Below, piece after piece: positions 34,140-46,393 of a stretch of 64,000 bases of DNA. The notes under the pieces are model-generated. The model did not search any database, had not been told where the DNA came from, and saw nothing but the letters and a program-made list of their open reading frames with translations. Position numbers and translations under genes: made by a program. Positions within the stretch are counted from its first letter, which is position 1. The number at the start of each line of letters is the position of its first letter. This DNA comes from a virus (Duplodnaviria > Caudoviricetes): positions 101,185 to 165,184 of the IMG/VR virus record IMGVR_UViG_2840842423_000001; one strand, given 5' to 3'.

Positions 34140-36191
34140 TTACTTACAATTGAAGCATTAGATAAAATACGTGTTACATTAGACTTGCTTGTTGAAAACG
34201 GAGAAATAGAAAAACAAGAAACATTGAAAGATACATTTAACAAATATTTACACCCAGACGCAATAGACAAAGAAAGTAAAGAGGTTTATAAAATTTTGGG
34301 AAATGATACTACAGCAGATATTTTTCAGTTCAGTACAGATTTGGCACGAGACGCGATTACCAAGGTTAAACCTAGTAACTTAATTGAGACAGCATCTGTA
34401 AATTCACTTATGAGGCTAATGTCAGATACTGGGGAGCAACCAATTGATACCTTTGTTCGATTCAAAAACGATATAAGCTTATGGTATCAAGAGATGAAAG
34501 ATTACGGCTTGAATGAATCAGAGATTGAGGTAATGGAAGAACATTTACTGATTTTAAATGGAATTTCCGAAAGTCAGGAAAATATTATGACTATTACAAT
34601 GGATAAACGAGTTGCAGGCTTCTCAGTCAAAGATGCGAACCGCCTTAGAAAAATTATCGCAAAGAGTAATCGAGATGCAGTTGCGGATATGAAGCAGTAT
34701 TTTATGGACAGTGGATTAAAATTAGGGAACAGGCAAGAAATTTTAAATTATGTGTGGAACGTGCAGGTGTTCCGACAATTATTATACAGTTTTTCCACAT
34801 TACACGTAATTCCATATACGTTAGTAGCTTTGCAGGAAATCAACCTTAATTTACATTACAATCCTATTTATTGGCAGACGGCTTGCTTAACTGTTAACAG
34901 CGGTGGCATGGATGATGAAGAAGAGGCTATTAAAAAACAATCCTCAAATTATGGGAAAGTCGCAGCGAGTATAGGAGAAATGCAGGAACGTAACGTAAAA
35001 GTGTCCTTGCCCAACATCAATAAAGCAGGTTTTGGCTTTACGCCAGATATTGAAAATAATGCAATCATATTCGGATTAAAGGGTCTCGTGGGCGTAGGGG
35101 ATGACGCAGTACACACAATAATCCAAAATCGTCCATACACATCATTCTCAGATTTCCTAACTAGACTACACACCACCAAACTACTTAAGAATGGTCACGT
35201 TGTACAACTAATCAAAGCAGGATGTTTCGACGAATTTGATTCACGTATCAACATAATGAAACAATATGTAAATCACACATTTGCACCTAGAAAGAACTTA
35301 ACATTAGCATCCTTTAACACAATATTACAGCTAGGCAACGATATACTACCAGACGAGTTATCTATCAATGTACGCTATTATCGTTACAGACAGCACATAT
35401 ACAAGCACTCAATAGGCAAGTCACCTGATCGTAAAACTAAGAATCGGCTATTCTTATTAGACAACATCTCAACTGAGTTTCTATATGAGCATTTCTCAGA
35501 GTCCTGTATAGTAGACTACGATGAGAATACAAGTTTACCAATAGTAGCTGAGTGGCTCTTTGAAAAAGAATATGATAAGAAGATGGAAGTTGTAAAAGAA
35601 TGGTTGACTCAAGAATCAACTTTACAATTGGTTAATGATAAATTGTATCAAGAGGAATGGGATAATACAACTAAGAATGAGAGCATGGAAGCTGGAGAAA
35701 TGTCAAGCCTATCTTATTATTACACAGGGCATGAGTTAGAACACCTAGACACAGAGAAATATGATATATCCAACTTCTCTGAGCTTTCAGAAGAACCGAT
35801 ACCGGTACGTGATTTCCAATATAAAGGACAGACAAGACATGAATATCAAATTTCTAGGCTGGCAGGGACTATCTTAGACAAAGACAAAAACAGACATACA
35901 GTAACCATCCTAACAACTGATGGGGTAGTTGTTGTCAAAATGTACGCAGGTGCGTACAGTCACTACTCAAGACAGATATCGGAACGTGGAGCAAATGGTA
36001 AGAAAACTGTTATTGACAAGAGTTGGTTCAATCGTGGCAACAAAGCACTTTTTGTGGGATTCAGACGTGGCAATCAATTCGTCTTACGTAAGTATCGTAA
36101 TACGATTTATCAACACACTATTGCTTTGATTGATGATATAGATGAGAATGGTGACTTATCACTTACAACTGAGCGTGTTAATATGGATTAA
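34140..36191 (+). CDS. dnaE: DNA polymerase III alpha, exon 2
   Basis: IFQF, YSFS..H...Y, LPNINK, FGL..L.GVG, LIKAGCFD, C-terminal OB fold. Confidence 0.92.
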   Translation, partial: LLTIEALDKIRVTLDLLVENGEIEKQETLKDTFNKYLHPDAIDKESKEVYKILGNDTTADIFQFSTDLARDAITKVKPSNLIETASVNSLMRLMSDTGEQPIDTFVRFKNDISLWYQEMKDYGLNESEIEVMEEHLLILNGISESQENIMTITMDKRVAGFSVKDANRLRKIIAKSNRDAVADMKQYFMDSGLKLGNRQEILNYVWNVQVFRQLLYSFSTLHVIPYTLVALQEINLNLHYNPIYWQTACLTVNSGGMDDEEEAIKKQSSNYGKVAASIGEMQERNVKVSLPNINKAGFGFTPDIENNAIIFGLKGLVGVGDDAVHTIIQNRPYTSFSDFLTRLHTTKLLKNGHVVQLIKAGCFDEFDSRINIMKQYVNHTFAPRKNLTLASFNTILQLGNDILPDELSINVRYYRYRQHIYKHSIGKSPDRKTKNRLFLLDNISTEFLYEHFSESCIVDYDENTSLPIVAEWLFEKEYDKKMEVVKEWLTQESTLQLVNDKLYQEEWDNTTKNESMEAGEMSSLSYYYTGHELEHLDTEKYDISNFSELSEEPIPVRDFQYKGQTRHEYQISRLAGTILDKDKNRHTVTILTTDGVVVVKMYAGAYSHYSRQISERGANGKKTVIDKSWFNRGNKALFVGFRRGNQFVLRKYRNTIYQHTIALIDDIDENGDLSLTTERVNMD

Positions 36192-36213
36192 AAACAAATC
36201 TTCCAAATAACAG

Positions 36214-36242
36214 TTGACTATAACTAAACAATATTATATAAT
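36214..36242 (+). promoter_or_regulatory. sigmaA promoter with phage box
   Basis: TTGACT-17-TATAAT. Confidence 0.85.
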
Positions 36243-36342
36243 GTATATACAACATCAAATACATATCAAGAGGAGGTGAACATCTTCACCAAGATTAACA
36301 CAGTTATCATCAATAAGCTCCACCAACTGAAAGGACGGTTTC

Positions 36343-37059
36343 ATGCTACACAATAATATGAACAACATCAATACAATCAACAACACAAGAACAACAGTTT
36401 TTACTTTTATCTGCGCAACTATCATCTTAACAACAGGGTTAATCAATTATCAAGTTACACAGAAGAAAGAAGAATTGGAAGAAGCAAATGAAGGATTAGG
36501 GAATAATGTGTCTGAATTGGACGCAGAGGTCAATGACTTATCCAGTGATATATCTGAACTTAATACAGATATAAAAGAATATAATAATACTATCACAAAA
36601 CAACAAGAAAAACTTAAAGAATTGAAAACAGATAAGGAACAACTCAAAAAAGATAATAAAAAACTAAACAATACTATACAAAAGAAAGATGAAAAGTTAG
36701 ATGGTTTAGTCCAATTATCAAACACTTCGAGGAATAAGTCTAAGTCAGCTAAAACCACAAGTACGACCAAGACAATGGAAGTTACTGCTTATACCGCATC
36801 TTGCAAAGGCTGCTCGGGGATTACTTATAAAGGAACTAATGTTCAAAATACAAAGTATCACCCCAGTGGATATAGAATCGTAGCAGTTGATCCGAATGTT
36901 GTTCCATTGGGTACATTGATTGAAGTTAATGGTGAAACCTACATCGCAGACGACATTGGCAGCGCCATAAAAGGAAATCGTTTAGATTTACTATTCAGTT
37001 CTAAATCGAATGCATTACAGTTCGGAAGGCAGCAATTGAAAGTTAACATCTTAAATTAA
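36343..37059 (+). CDS. membrane-anchored coiled-coil 3D-domain muralytic protein (YorM-like)
   Basis: TM helix, coiled coil, TAYT...AVDP.V.PLG...A.D.GSAIKGNRLD. Confidence 0.85.
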   Translation: MLHNNMNNINTINNTRTTVFTFICATIILTTGLINYQVTQKKEELEEANEGLGNNVSELDAEVNDLSSDISELNTDIKEYNNTITKQQEKLKELKTDKEQLKKDNKKLNNTIQKKDEKLDGLVQLSNTSRNKSKSAKTTSTTKTMEVTAYTASCKGCSGITYKGTNVQNTKYHPSGYRIVAVDPNVVPLGTLIEVNGETYIADDIGSAIKGNRLDLLFSSKSNALQFGRQQLKVNILN

Positions 37060-37073
37060 AAGGAGGGTCTCAC

Positions 37074-37604
37074 ATGAATATTTTGATAGATGGAGTAGAT
37101 GCTTCAGGCAAGAGCACTGTAGCACATAAATTAAGCGATAAGCTAAATATGTTAGAAGTAAGAGGATCTTCCTTTGAATTGGCTGACTGCACCAACGAAG
37201 AATTATACAAACACTTCACAAAGGTTGCCAACCTAGACAATGCAATAATTCAGAGGGGAATCTACTCTAATCGCACGTATGCAACTCTATACCAAGATTA
37301 CGCAATCTTATCACATGAACAACGTACAACAATCGAAGATAAATTTAAAGACAATACAGTGGTCATCTATTTAACCGCACCAGAAGAAACAATCATCAAC
37401 AGACTAGAAGAACGTGGAGATGATTATGTCACCACTGACAAAGTTTCATCTATTCTAGGATTATACAAAACTGTAATGACAGATGCAATCTCCAACAGTG
37501 TGGCAGTATTAACATATGATACATCCAAGTTATCCAGTGATGAAATTGTGGAAGATATCATTAAAGTCATACAAGAGCCTGAAGAACATTTATCAGATGA
37601 ATAA
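37074..37604 (+). CDS. deoxynucleoside monophosphate kinase (YorR-like)
   Basis: DGVDASGKST P-loop, RL.ERGD lid. Confidence 0.8.
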   Translation: MNILIDGVDASGKSTVAHKLSDKLNMLEVRGSSFELADCTNEELYKHFTKVANLDNAIIQRGIYSNRTYATLYQDYAILSHEQRTTIEDKFKDNTVVIYLTAPEETIINRLEERGDDYVTTDKVSSILGLYKTVMTDAISNSVAVLTYDTSKLSSDEIVEDIIKVIQEPEEHLSDE

Positions 37605-39804
37605 TAATATATTAACAAACGTAAAGTACATATTGGATAATTATGGAGAACATATTACTAATGACAAACAACTCATTCTAATGTATTGGAAGATAATCGA
37701 TGAGGTTGAAATAAGCAAAACGTTTATCTCAACCGTCGATTTTCTAAATCTTAGCACAAATGTAGCAGATATTCTAAGCGGCAAGATACTATTAGAAATC
37801 ATGGAAAAGGAAGGACTATAAATTATGATGATATTTTTTGGATTGGTATTATTAATCACATATCTATGTCTACTCACAGTAGGTAATATTAAATTAGATG
37901 GTACTGATAAAGAAACAGAATCCATGTCTACAGAGGAGCAAATTAAGCTTATCATTAAAATGGGCGTTTTTGTTATCGGAGTATTTTCCATATTAATAAT
38001 CGAGGCGCTCTTTTTAATCAACGCATTAAGTATTGACATGTTCCTATACCCAACAGTGGGCATGTTAGTTTTAGCGATCATCGGTTGGGTGAGAGGCGTA
38101 ACAACTGTAAAGAAACATAAAAAGCATCCAGAACTAAAAGAATATAATAAAAAGAAAAATCGCACAGTATTTGGAACAATTGCACAGATACTAAAAATAG
38201 CATATTTTGCTTACATACTATTTCTATTAATATTCTAAGGAGGGAAATGTATTGTTTCTAATCAGAGACCATGACGGACATGTACATAGCAAAGTTAAAG
38301 ATCCCGGTGTAGTAATAGATAAGAAAACTGGAACACTCATTATGATAGGTGAGGCTTCAAAGATGGAAGATTATCGTTTATCACTCAAAAACAGATACGA
38401 ATCCTTTGGTGCATTTGCATTATCCAAAGATTTAGTTACTATGAAAATCTCCAAAGATCAAGATGAGATTGATAAAGTGTTTCAGATTACTGGTTATGTT
38501 AAAACATTGTATGATAATTTGATTAAAACAGTAGAAGAGGAGGTGTGAATATGATTTATCCCATTATTACTATGATCTTGTGGTTGATTATTAGAGTTAT
38601 ACATTCTCTAGATCACAAAAACACAAATCCAGCAACTTTATTGTTTGGTTTATGGTTGGCAATATCTGTGATAATTATGAGTCAAATTAGCATAATTATG
38701 TATTAACTTTAAACAACAATCAATTTCCATAGAAAGGATGTTACTTAGTGAAGCAAATACAAACAATTGAAATCAACTTAGAAAATTTAGAGACAATTAT
38801 TATACATAGGCAGCATGTTGGATATTTTGAATTAAATAATATCACAAGAAATTTACGCAGAAAAACTCTCAAAGACGTAAGTGAAAATTTTATTGTTTTA
38901 GAAGTGTTTATGCAAATCTCATCTGAAGCTAATACAATGGACAGTTATGTAGAGGATGATTATAGTCTCAAACCATTTGAGCGAATCGTCTCACATAGCG
39001 ATATCACATATTTTGTTATTAATTATGATGATGGATCGCAAGAAGAATTGCATTTACATTGGCATGGGAAAAATGATAGCGCAAATGATGCACAGTCTAG
39101 CGTTATAAACGAAGCTACTGGTGATTTATATTTAGCAATCAGTCAAACCGAACCAGTGCAAACTTACTTCAAAGAGGAAATAGAAGATAAACGTAAGTTG
39201 AGATTGTGGAAAGAATTAAAAGAGGATTAATATTATATAATTAAAAGGAGAGATAATATGTATTCATCGGAAGATGTTCAAAAAGCTACATCATTTACAC
39301 TTATTACTGGCGTAGGATTTAATGAGGATACAAGGTTACATAAAGTTTACGATCTATGCGAATTAAGCAATGGCGGAGAAGTGGTTCACAAAGATGATAA
39401 AGGATATACTTGGCTACATGCATACAATGATGAGTTAACCAATGAAGCAAAATGCGCAATTCAATCTGGGGCTATTATTTATCACATTCCAGATGAAGAA
39501 CCAACTAAAGCAGATGATGAAATCAATACAACTCAGATCAACACATTCCATATTAACCAAATCGATAAAGTACACCATTCTGATCCATTGTTGTTTGAGC
39601 TTACGGTACGAACAGATGCAGCAGGAAAAGCATTGTTGGATTCCATTCAGACAGAAATCGAAGCTAACGGTGAACTGGAAACATTACACAAGCAACGTGA
39701 AGTTATAGATGAACGAATTGATGAACTGCAAGCCAAGTTGAGAGGATATTAATTAGTAATCACCAATAAACGAAAATAATATTATACATAAGGAGAATGT
39801 TAAA

Positions 39805-40344
39805 ATGATACAAGATAGTTGGGAACTAGAAGTAACAGAAGAAGAAATTGAAAATATTGACTTTGCACAACTAGAAAGTTGGAAAGTGGATAAATACATT
39901 GAACTTGTCAAAGAAAATAACGAAACAATTAAAAAATACGAAGAGATATTAGAAAAACGTAAAGCTGAATTAGATTTTCATTTTAAAACTAAAGAGGAAA
40001 AATTACTGAAGACGAATCACTTTTTGCTGACTACATTGAATACATATGCAAAAACACAAAAAATGCAGAAAGCAAAAACACAGAGTAAATACACTTCGCT
40101 TGCGGGTGACATAGTTATTAAACAGCCACAAGACAAACTAGTGAAACCAACCACTAAAGATATTGAAGCAATTGAAAAACTATACCCTGAATTTGTTGAA
40201 AAGGTAGAAACAAAGAAAATAAATTGGAAAGACTTAAAACCTAAATTTGTTATACAGGCTGGCACGGTCTACGATCAAGAGACCGGAGAGGCAATCGAAG
40301 CAATTAAATATGAAACAACCGAAGAAACTACAGAAGTAAAATAA
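39805..40344 (+). CDS. Mu Gam-like host-nuclease inhibitor
   Basis: N-terminal coiled coil; C-terminal K.INWKDLK...V.D..TGE.IE pattern. Confidence 0.65.
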   Translation: MIQDSWELEVTEEEIENIDFAQLESWKVDKYIELVKENNETIKKYEEILEKRKAELDFHFKTKEEKLLKTNHFLLTTLNTYAKTQKMQKAKTQSKYTSLAGDIVIKQPQDKLVKPTTKDIEAIEKLYPEFVEKVETKKINWKDLKPKFVIQAGTVYDQETGEAIEAIKYETTEETTEVK

Positions 40345-40363
40345 TCACATACAAAAAACATTT

Positions 40364-40449
40364 TAAATATAATATTATTTATCCATTGACATAATCTAAT
40401 AACCATGTTATTCTATTAATAGACATAAAGATAAATAATATTATATTTA
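40364..40449 (+). promoter_or_regulatory. sigmaA promoter bracketed by a perfect 20-bp inverted repeat of the phage box
   Basis: taaatataatattatttatc (40364-83) / gataaataatattatattta (40430-49); TTGACA 40386-17-TATTCT with TG extension. Confidence 0.8.
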
Positions 40450-40658
40450 TTTATATAAGAAGCTTAATCAAGTCACAATATAGAAACACTCGTTCCAATT
40501 TAAGGTAAAATCATCCTATTTTCTCGTATCGTCACACACAAGCCGATACAGACGTTTTATAATTTTACAACCTATTGCATGTAAAGTTAATTAGGACTAT
40601 CACATGACACCTTGAAACGACCCAGTATTCAAAAATAGACCGAAATTTCATCACACAA

Positions 40659-40674
40659 TAAAAGACGCATTTTA
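40659..40674. repeat. TAAA-N8-TTTA intergenic site
   Basis: caataaa-agacgcat-tttaatg, then RBS ggaggg. Confidence 0.65.
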
Positions 40675-42463
40675 ATGGGAGGGATAAATATGAAAATATT
40701 CAAACGATTATTTAAAAGCGATAAAGAAACCATCGATTCAGATACTTCTTCTAGTTTTTCTGATGAAATAAATCCAAAGGTAGAATTAAAATGTGTTGGT
40801 ACATATAGTTTTGATGTTATCGAAAATCCAGAAAGTGTAGAGGAATTTACTCAAAGAATGAGTGAGGAAGGTTTTCGTGGTTGGTACGCTCCTCCATATT
40901 ATACGTATCATATCATTGTGAATTTTAAAGCAAATGTGAAATACAACAATTCCAATTTTGATGTTGCTGATGGCTTTAAAATGGGCACATACTCAGAAAA
41001 CGAAGCCTATACTTATCTATACAGATTGCTAAAAGAAGGTGGGGAAGCAGAAGTGTTTAACGATAAACTGAAGAATAATATTGTAGCAAGTTTAGACAAC
41101 CAACTTCAAGAAAATAGTATAGAGTCGATTAAATCATATCTGGAAAACAACGAACCATTAGCTTTCGACTTTACATTTAAAACAGATAAGACTGAAAATA
41201 TGCAGTAGAAAGGAAAACAACCAATGAAAATCGGAGACAAAGTTAGAAACATTCACAACAATACAGAAGGTTATCTAGTTTACTCGACTTTTGGCGCAAG
41301 TGTTAGTGGTTTTGATACGAATGAAGATGATGTCACATATCATTTTCAAACACTTGGACAGTCGATCGACAACTATGCTAAAGATTGGGAACGAATATAT
41401 AAATTTAAATATAATATGAAAGGGAGGTGACTATAGATGAATATACAAACTACGCTTTATCCGGATAGCAGGGTTATCTACAACTCAGACAACCACATAT
41501 TAACAATCATGAGCAGCAATAACAAATTTGAACTTAAAGTACATCCAATGGTGTTAGAAGGTATCGTTGAAAATTTAAGTGAAGAATTAAAACTAAAGGA
41601 GGATGAATAGTGGGGAAGATTAAAGTTACGAAGAAACAGGCTAAAATACTAGACTATTTTAAAAAGAATTACGAAAGAACTATGGGAGATTTAACATATG
41701 GCAATTTTTATTTAGCTTTATGCGATGGATACGAAGTTGAACCAGAGTTTGAGATTGGGGAATTTACAAAGATCAATAATGATGAATTAAATCTCACAAG
41801 GAAAATACTCAGTATATACCAGATCAATAAAACAAAATTTGCGGATCTAGAGAGTGCGGAACAAATACCAATAAGCATGTTAATTAAACTGTCGCCAGAG
41901 GAAATCAAACAGGAAAGAGAGTGGAGATGGTGGAATAAACATGATAGAAAAATAGGCGAATTGAGAAAAGGCGACACCTTAATTAGTAATACAGGATGCT
42001 TATTCTTTGTTCGGGATTCAAATGGTATAGCAGCTACAGTGACTAACGCAACAACAACGCAACGATCCGAAGCTACAATCAATATTAAAACATACTTCAA
42101 TGATGGTGCTAAGGTGCATTGTTTTGCTGAAGGCAGATTGGATTTGAATGTAGATGAGTAAACGAATGGAAGAGATAAAGGAACGTTTTAAGTCAGTCGG
42201 AGATGGGGACATTAATTGGCTTATCCAACAAACAGAGCATGTGAAGGAATTAGAGAGGCGAATATCATTTGATGAAAAGTTCTATAGTGGTAAGATTAAA
42301 GAACTCTTGGCAAAAAAGATCCACTACAAACAGGCATTGGAGTTTTATGCAGATGAAGAAAACTATGAATTATGGGGAGATTTTGATGGTTTAAACGAAC
42401 ATATCCATAATGTTGATTTTGATAAAGGAGATAAGGCGCGTCAAACACTAAAAGGAGAATCAA

Positions 42464-42781
42464 ATGGTTAAATCATATCTGAGAGGTCACGCAATTGAAT
42501 ATGTGAATGATCAATGGAAATACAGTGACACAAAAGAGTTAACAGCAGAAACTCATCATCTAAGATCATGTGGATACTGCCACAAGAAGGCAACGCCAGA
42601 AGGTCATGACGCTTGCTTAGGAACATTGCCAAATGTGATGAACGCATGTTGTGGACATGGAGAAACAAATGAAGCGTATGCACAATATTGGGATAAGTCA
42701 ATAATTCGTGGTGTTGAAGCTATTAAAACTTTTGAGGTTTTGAAAGGAGAGTCAAAATGTCTAAATTTGAATTGTCAATAG
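42464..42781 (+). CDS. CCGHG-motif, Cys/His-rich protein
   Basis: CGYC...GHDACLGTLPNVMNACCGHG. Confidence 0.55.
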   Translation: MVKSYLRGHAIEYVNDQWKYSDTKELTAETHHLRSCGYCHKKATPEGHDACLGTLPNVMNACCGHGETNEAYAQYWDKSIIRGVEAIKTFEVLKGESKCLNLNCQ

Positions 42782-43869
42782 CTAAAGATTATGTGCCAAC
42801 GTGGAACTACATAGATGCTGTTCGAGAGCTATTTCAGAACGCATTAGATCAACAGACTATCACTGAAGACAATGAAATGTTTTTTGACTACAATCCAGAA
42901 ACAGAAATTTTATCAATTGGGAATAAATTATCTATATTGGATACCAGCTCACTACTACTTGGTGCTACAACTAAAGCAGATGAAGATGAAACAATTGGTC
43001 AATTCGGTGAAGGTTATAAGATTGCAACTTTAGTGTTAACAAGAGAGAATCATCCAGTAACATTTTACAACTATGGAGCTAAAGAAGTTTGGCAACCAAG
43101 GTTTGTTAACTCAAGGAAATATAGAGCAGAGGTGCTTACATTCTTTGTAGATAAAAAATATCCGTGGCAAGGAATACCTCATCACAATCTTGTCATTACA
43201 GTTGAGAATATTACTCAAGAACAATATGACAGTATAATTGAAACTAACTTACACCTACAGGATATCGGAGAACATTTTAGCACAGATAAAGGCAGGATCT
43301 TATTGGATGATAGATATAAAGGAAAAGTGTTCGTCAGTGGACTGTTTATTTGTGATTACTCTAATTATCATCACGGATACGATTTTAAACCTAAAGAGTT
43401 ATCCATTGACCGAGATAGAAAACTGGTTGACAACTTTGATTTAAGATGGTTAGCTTCTCAGATGTGGCTAAAACAAACTAGCGATGAAATGAGAGAGATC
43501 GCATCCGATCTAATAATAAGTGACGCTGCCGACACGGAGTTTGTAAAACACGTAGGATTTGACAGAGAGAATTTTGTAAAAACGGCTAACCATGTATATA
43601 GTTCCTTCAAGAAAGAATATGGAGATGGTGCAATTCCTATATCCAGTCAAGAGGAATTAGAGAGTATTAGTGGTAATGTTAAACCTATTATGGTGTCAAG
43701 TGAATATAAAAATGTTGTCAAATCTAGTTCACATTATGCAGAGCCTGTTAGATTGTATAAACCGTCTCCAAAAGAACGAATGGAAGAGTGGTTGGAAAAA
43801 TATGAGCAACAAATACCTAGTGAAGCTTTTTATGAGCTGGAATTGATTGTGAAGGACTTAGAGAATTGA
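42757..43869 (+). CDS. GHKL-fold ATPase
   Basis: N-box RELFQNALD, G-box LLG.TTK...IGQFGEGYK. Confidence 0.75.
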   Translation: MSKFELSIAKDYVPTWNYIDAVRELFQNALDQQTITEDNEMFFDYNPETEILSIGNKLSILDTSSLLLGATTKADEDETIGQFGEGYKIATLVLTRENHPVTFYNYGAKEVWQPRFVNSRKYRAEVLTFFVDKKYPWQGIPHHNLVITVENITQEQYDSIIETNLHLQDIGEHFSTDKGRILLDDRYKGKVFVSGLFICDYSNYHHGYDFKPKELSIDRDRKLVDNFDLRWLASQMWLKQTSDEMREIASDLIISDAADTEFVKHVGFDRENFVKTANHVYSSFKKEYGDGAIPISSQEELESISGNVKPIMVSSEYKNVVKSSSHYAEPVRLYKPSPKERMEEWLEKYEQQIPSEAFYELELIVKDLEN

Positions 43870-46179
43870 GGTGAACAAATGAATAATTATCGAATAGCGG
43901 GATTCCTAAAAATATTGATGATATGGATAATTGTTATGACAGCACTAACAGGGATTTATGCTGCTTCAGGATCAGGTTTGACATTGCTTATAGGAGTAAT
44001 CTTTTCATGGCTTGTGGCAGGGGCAATGTATGTTCAGGATAAGCAATTGAAGAAAATTTGGAATGACAATAACTAATAAGTATTATAAAATGAGGGGAAA
44101 TATGCGCAAATATGAGTGTACCATGTCGTTTGATCTAGAAGAATACGATGAGAACGGAAATTCAATTGAAAACGAAACATTAACTGTGAATGTTGGAACT
44201 GTCTGGAGTGAAGATGATAAATCCTCATACAACTTTGTTGCAGGTAGTGACGCTTATCGACTTGTTCAAATCACTAAGGATGAACATAGCAGATGGATCG
44301 AGATATATGGAGATAGGTTGGAAGAGTGTTTTACAGAATTAGAGGAGGATAAATAAATGAGCTTGGTAAAAATTGATTTATATGGCGGGAAGTATACAGC
44401 ATTACATGACGAAGGTCATGGTGGAGTCACTGTTTTGCGTTACGGTGAAGCATGGAGAAATGAAACTGGTGATGGATTTATTCTTGCTATGATTCAGGAG
44501 ATTATAAGTCTACGAGAAGAATTAGAAATCGCAAGGGAAACGGGCAACGAAAGAGAAGCTCTTGCATATGAACGAGGGTTAATTGGCGGTACAAAATAAA
44601 ATATAAATTCTTTATGAGGTGAAGAAATGCTTGATGAATCAAAATACAATGAATTTGAATTGAGCATTATGTCGCTACATGACCATGCACTAATCATGAA
44701 TGAGTACAAGAATATTGGGATAGATACTGTCCCTGTAGATATTTATTTAGAATTATTGGGCTTAATGATCAACTATGTAAGAGATATTTGCAATGTGGTA
44801 AACGAATATGATGATAAAATGCTATCACAGGAGGAGCAGTTAAATAGTCTCTTGGATTACATCAAGAAAAAACAAAATAATTGAGAAAAGGAGAGGAATT
44901 AAAATGAGTGACCACTTTAACAATAACAAGAAAGTACTTTGGCTAGGTGTAAATGGAATGGAATATATTAGTTGGGAAAACTCAGATGTAATTATTGAGT
45001 TTGATCCATATTATTATCCGATGCCGTCACATGTTATCCAACACAGTAAAAAAATACTGACTGAAGACGACATGTTTGATGCTTTAAGCAATGGAAAATG
45101 GCATGTAAATACTTATGAAGAAGTGTTGCATGAGTAACATAATTTATCGAGAAAGGATGCGAACTCAATTGGAAATTGAATTAAATCGAAAAGAACTTGA
45201 AACAGCAATACAAGATTATATTTTTAAAAAGCTAGGTAATGCAGCTTATATTGATGGGTTTAAAACAATTGCAGGCAATAGTTATGTCAGTATTGACTGC
45301 GTTGTTGCGGAAGTGAAGGAATGACTAAAACACGAATCAAGACAAGAGGGGGTTGACTAAATGAATAATAATGTAATTTTAACAGATGATGAGCTATCTT
45401 TAATAATGACATCTTTAGTTTTCATCAGTGTTAGCTATGATAAATACTTTGAGAAGAATGGCGTTGAAGGTTTGGACAACGAAACAATTGACGCTTACAG
45501 TGATTTTAAAAGGTTGCATGAGAAACTGCACAAGGAATATTTTGACTTAAATCAATAATTCTGTAAGAAGGAGGAAGTAAAATGAAAAACATTCGACACT
45601 GGATCAGGTTCAAGATTAGAAATTATTTGGGGGTAAATCAACTGGAAAATAACTACAAGCGAGAAAAGAAAAAGTTGCAGGATAAGTTGGATATTACATA
45701 TGATGAACTGCAATATTTAAAAGCCGACATTGAAATAGCCGAAACAACTATTGCAACCATGAGTGGTGAAATCGAATTACTTGCCACTAGCAAAGCGGAT
45801 ATCTTGTTTGTGGGAGATATTGCAGATCAAATGGATGATATTGCAACTAAGACAAGCAATAGAAAATAGAAATGAATCATATCGAGAAAGGAGATGATTA
45901 AATGGAGCTAGGTAGCAAAGAATGGTTCGAAGCATTGGAGAAGAATGTAAAATTTCCTAAAACTGTTGCATTTTACGTATCAAATCGAGGAAAAGTATAC
46001 TCGCAAATTGTAGATACTAAAGCAGAATCTCCTATGAATATAAAATATGAGAAAATACAGCCTTCTTTATTACTAAGTGGCGAACGAACTGCGCTGGTAA
46101 GAGTTAAGCGACTTGATAACTCGAAAGAATACTATAGTTTGAGCAAAGAGTTGCATGAGGCTTGGGGTAAATAGCACCT

Positions 46180-46195
46180 TAAAATAATGAATTTA
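46180..46195. repeat. TAAA-N8-TTTA intergenic site
   Basis: taaa-ataatgaa-ttta, between stop and RBS. Confidence 0.6.
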
Positions 46196-46377
46196 TCGAG
46201 GAAAAGGAGGAGTAATTAATGAAATTGTTAGATCATTTAAATTTATACTTTGGGAATGAAGCAAGTAATATGAAGGAATTTGTTAAAGACTTCAAAGATG
46301 AGTACGAAGGTGGAGAAGAAGATGCCTTTATAGCTTTATTGATGTTTCTTAACTCTTATAGCAAAGTAGAATCACAA

Positions 46378-46393
46378 TAAGAGATTTCATTTA
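46378..46393. repeat. TAAG-N8-TTTA variant site
   Basis: caataag-agatttca-tttaatg; the TAA is the upstream stop codon. Confidence 0.5.

Noticed and set aside
36243-36342. c-di-AMP (ydaO) riboswitch upstream of the 3D-domain gene
   Set aside because: Only a 6-bp hairpin (ggtgaa-catc-ttcacc) is present; the leader is short and lacks the conserved riboswitch motifs.
44597-44614. Further TAAA...TTTA candidates (44597, also 11413 and 17930)
   Set aside because: Spacers are 10 or 6 nt rather than 8; excluded as likely AT-rich noise.
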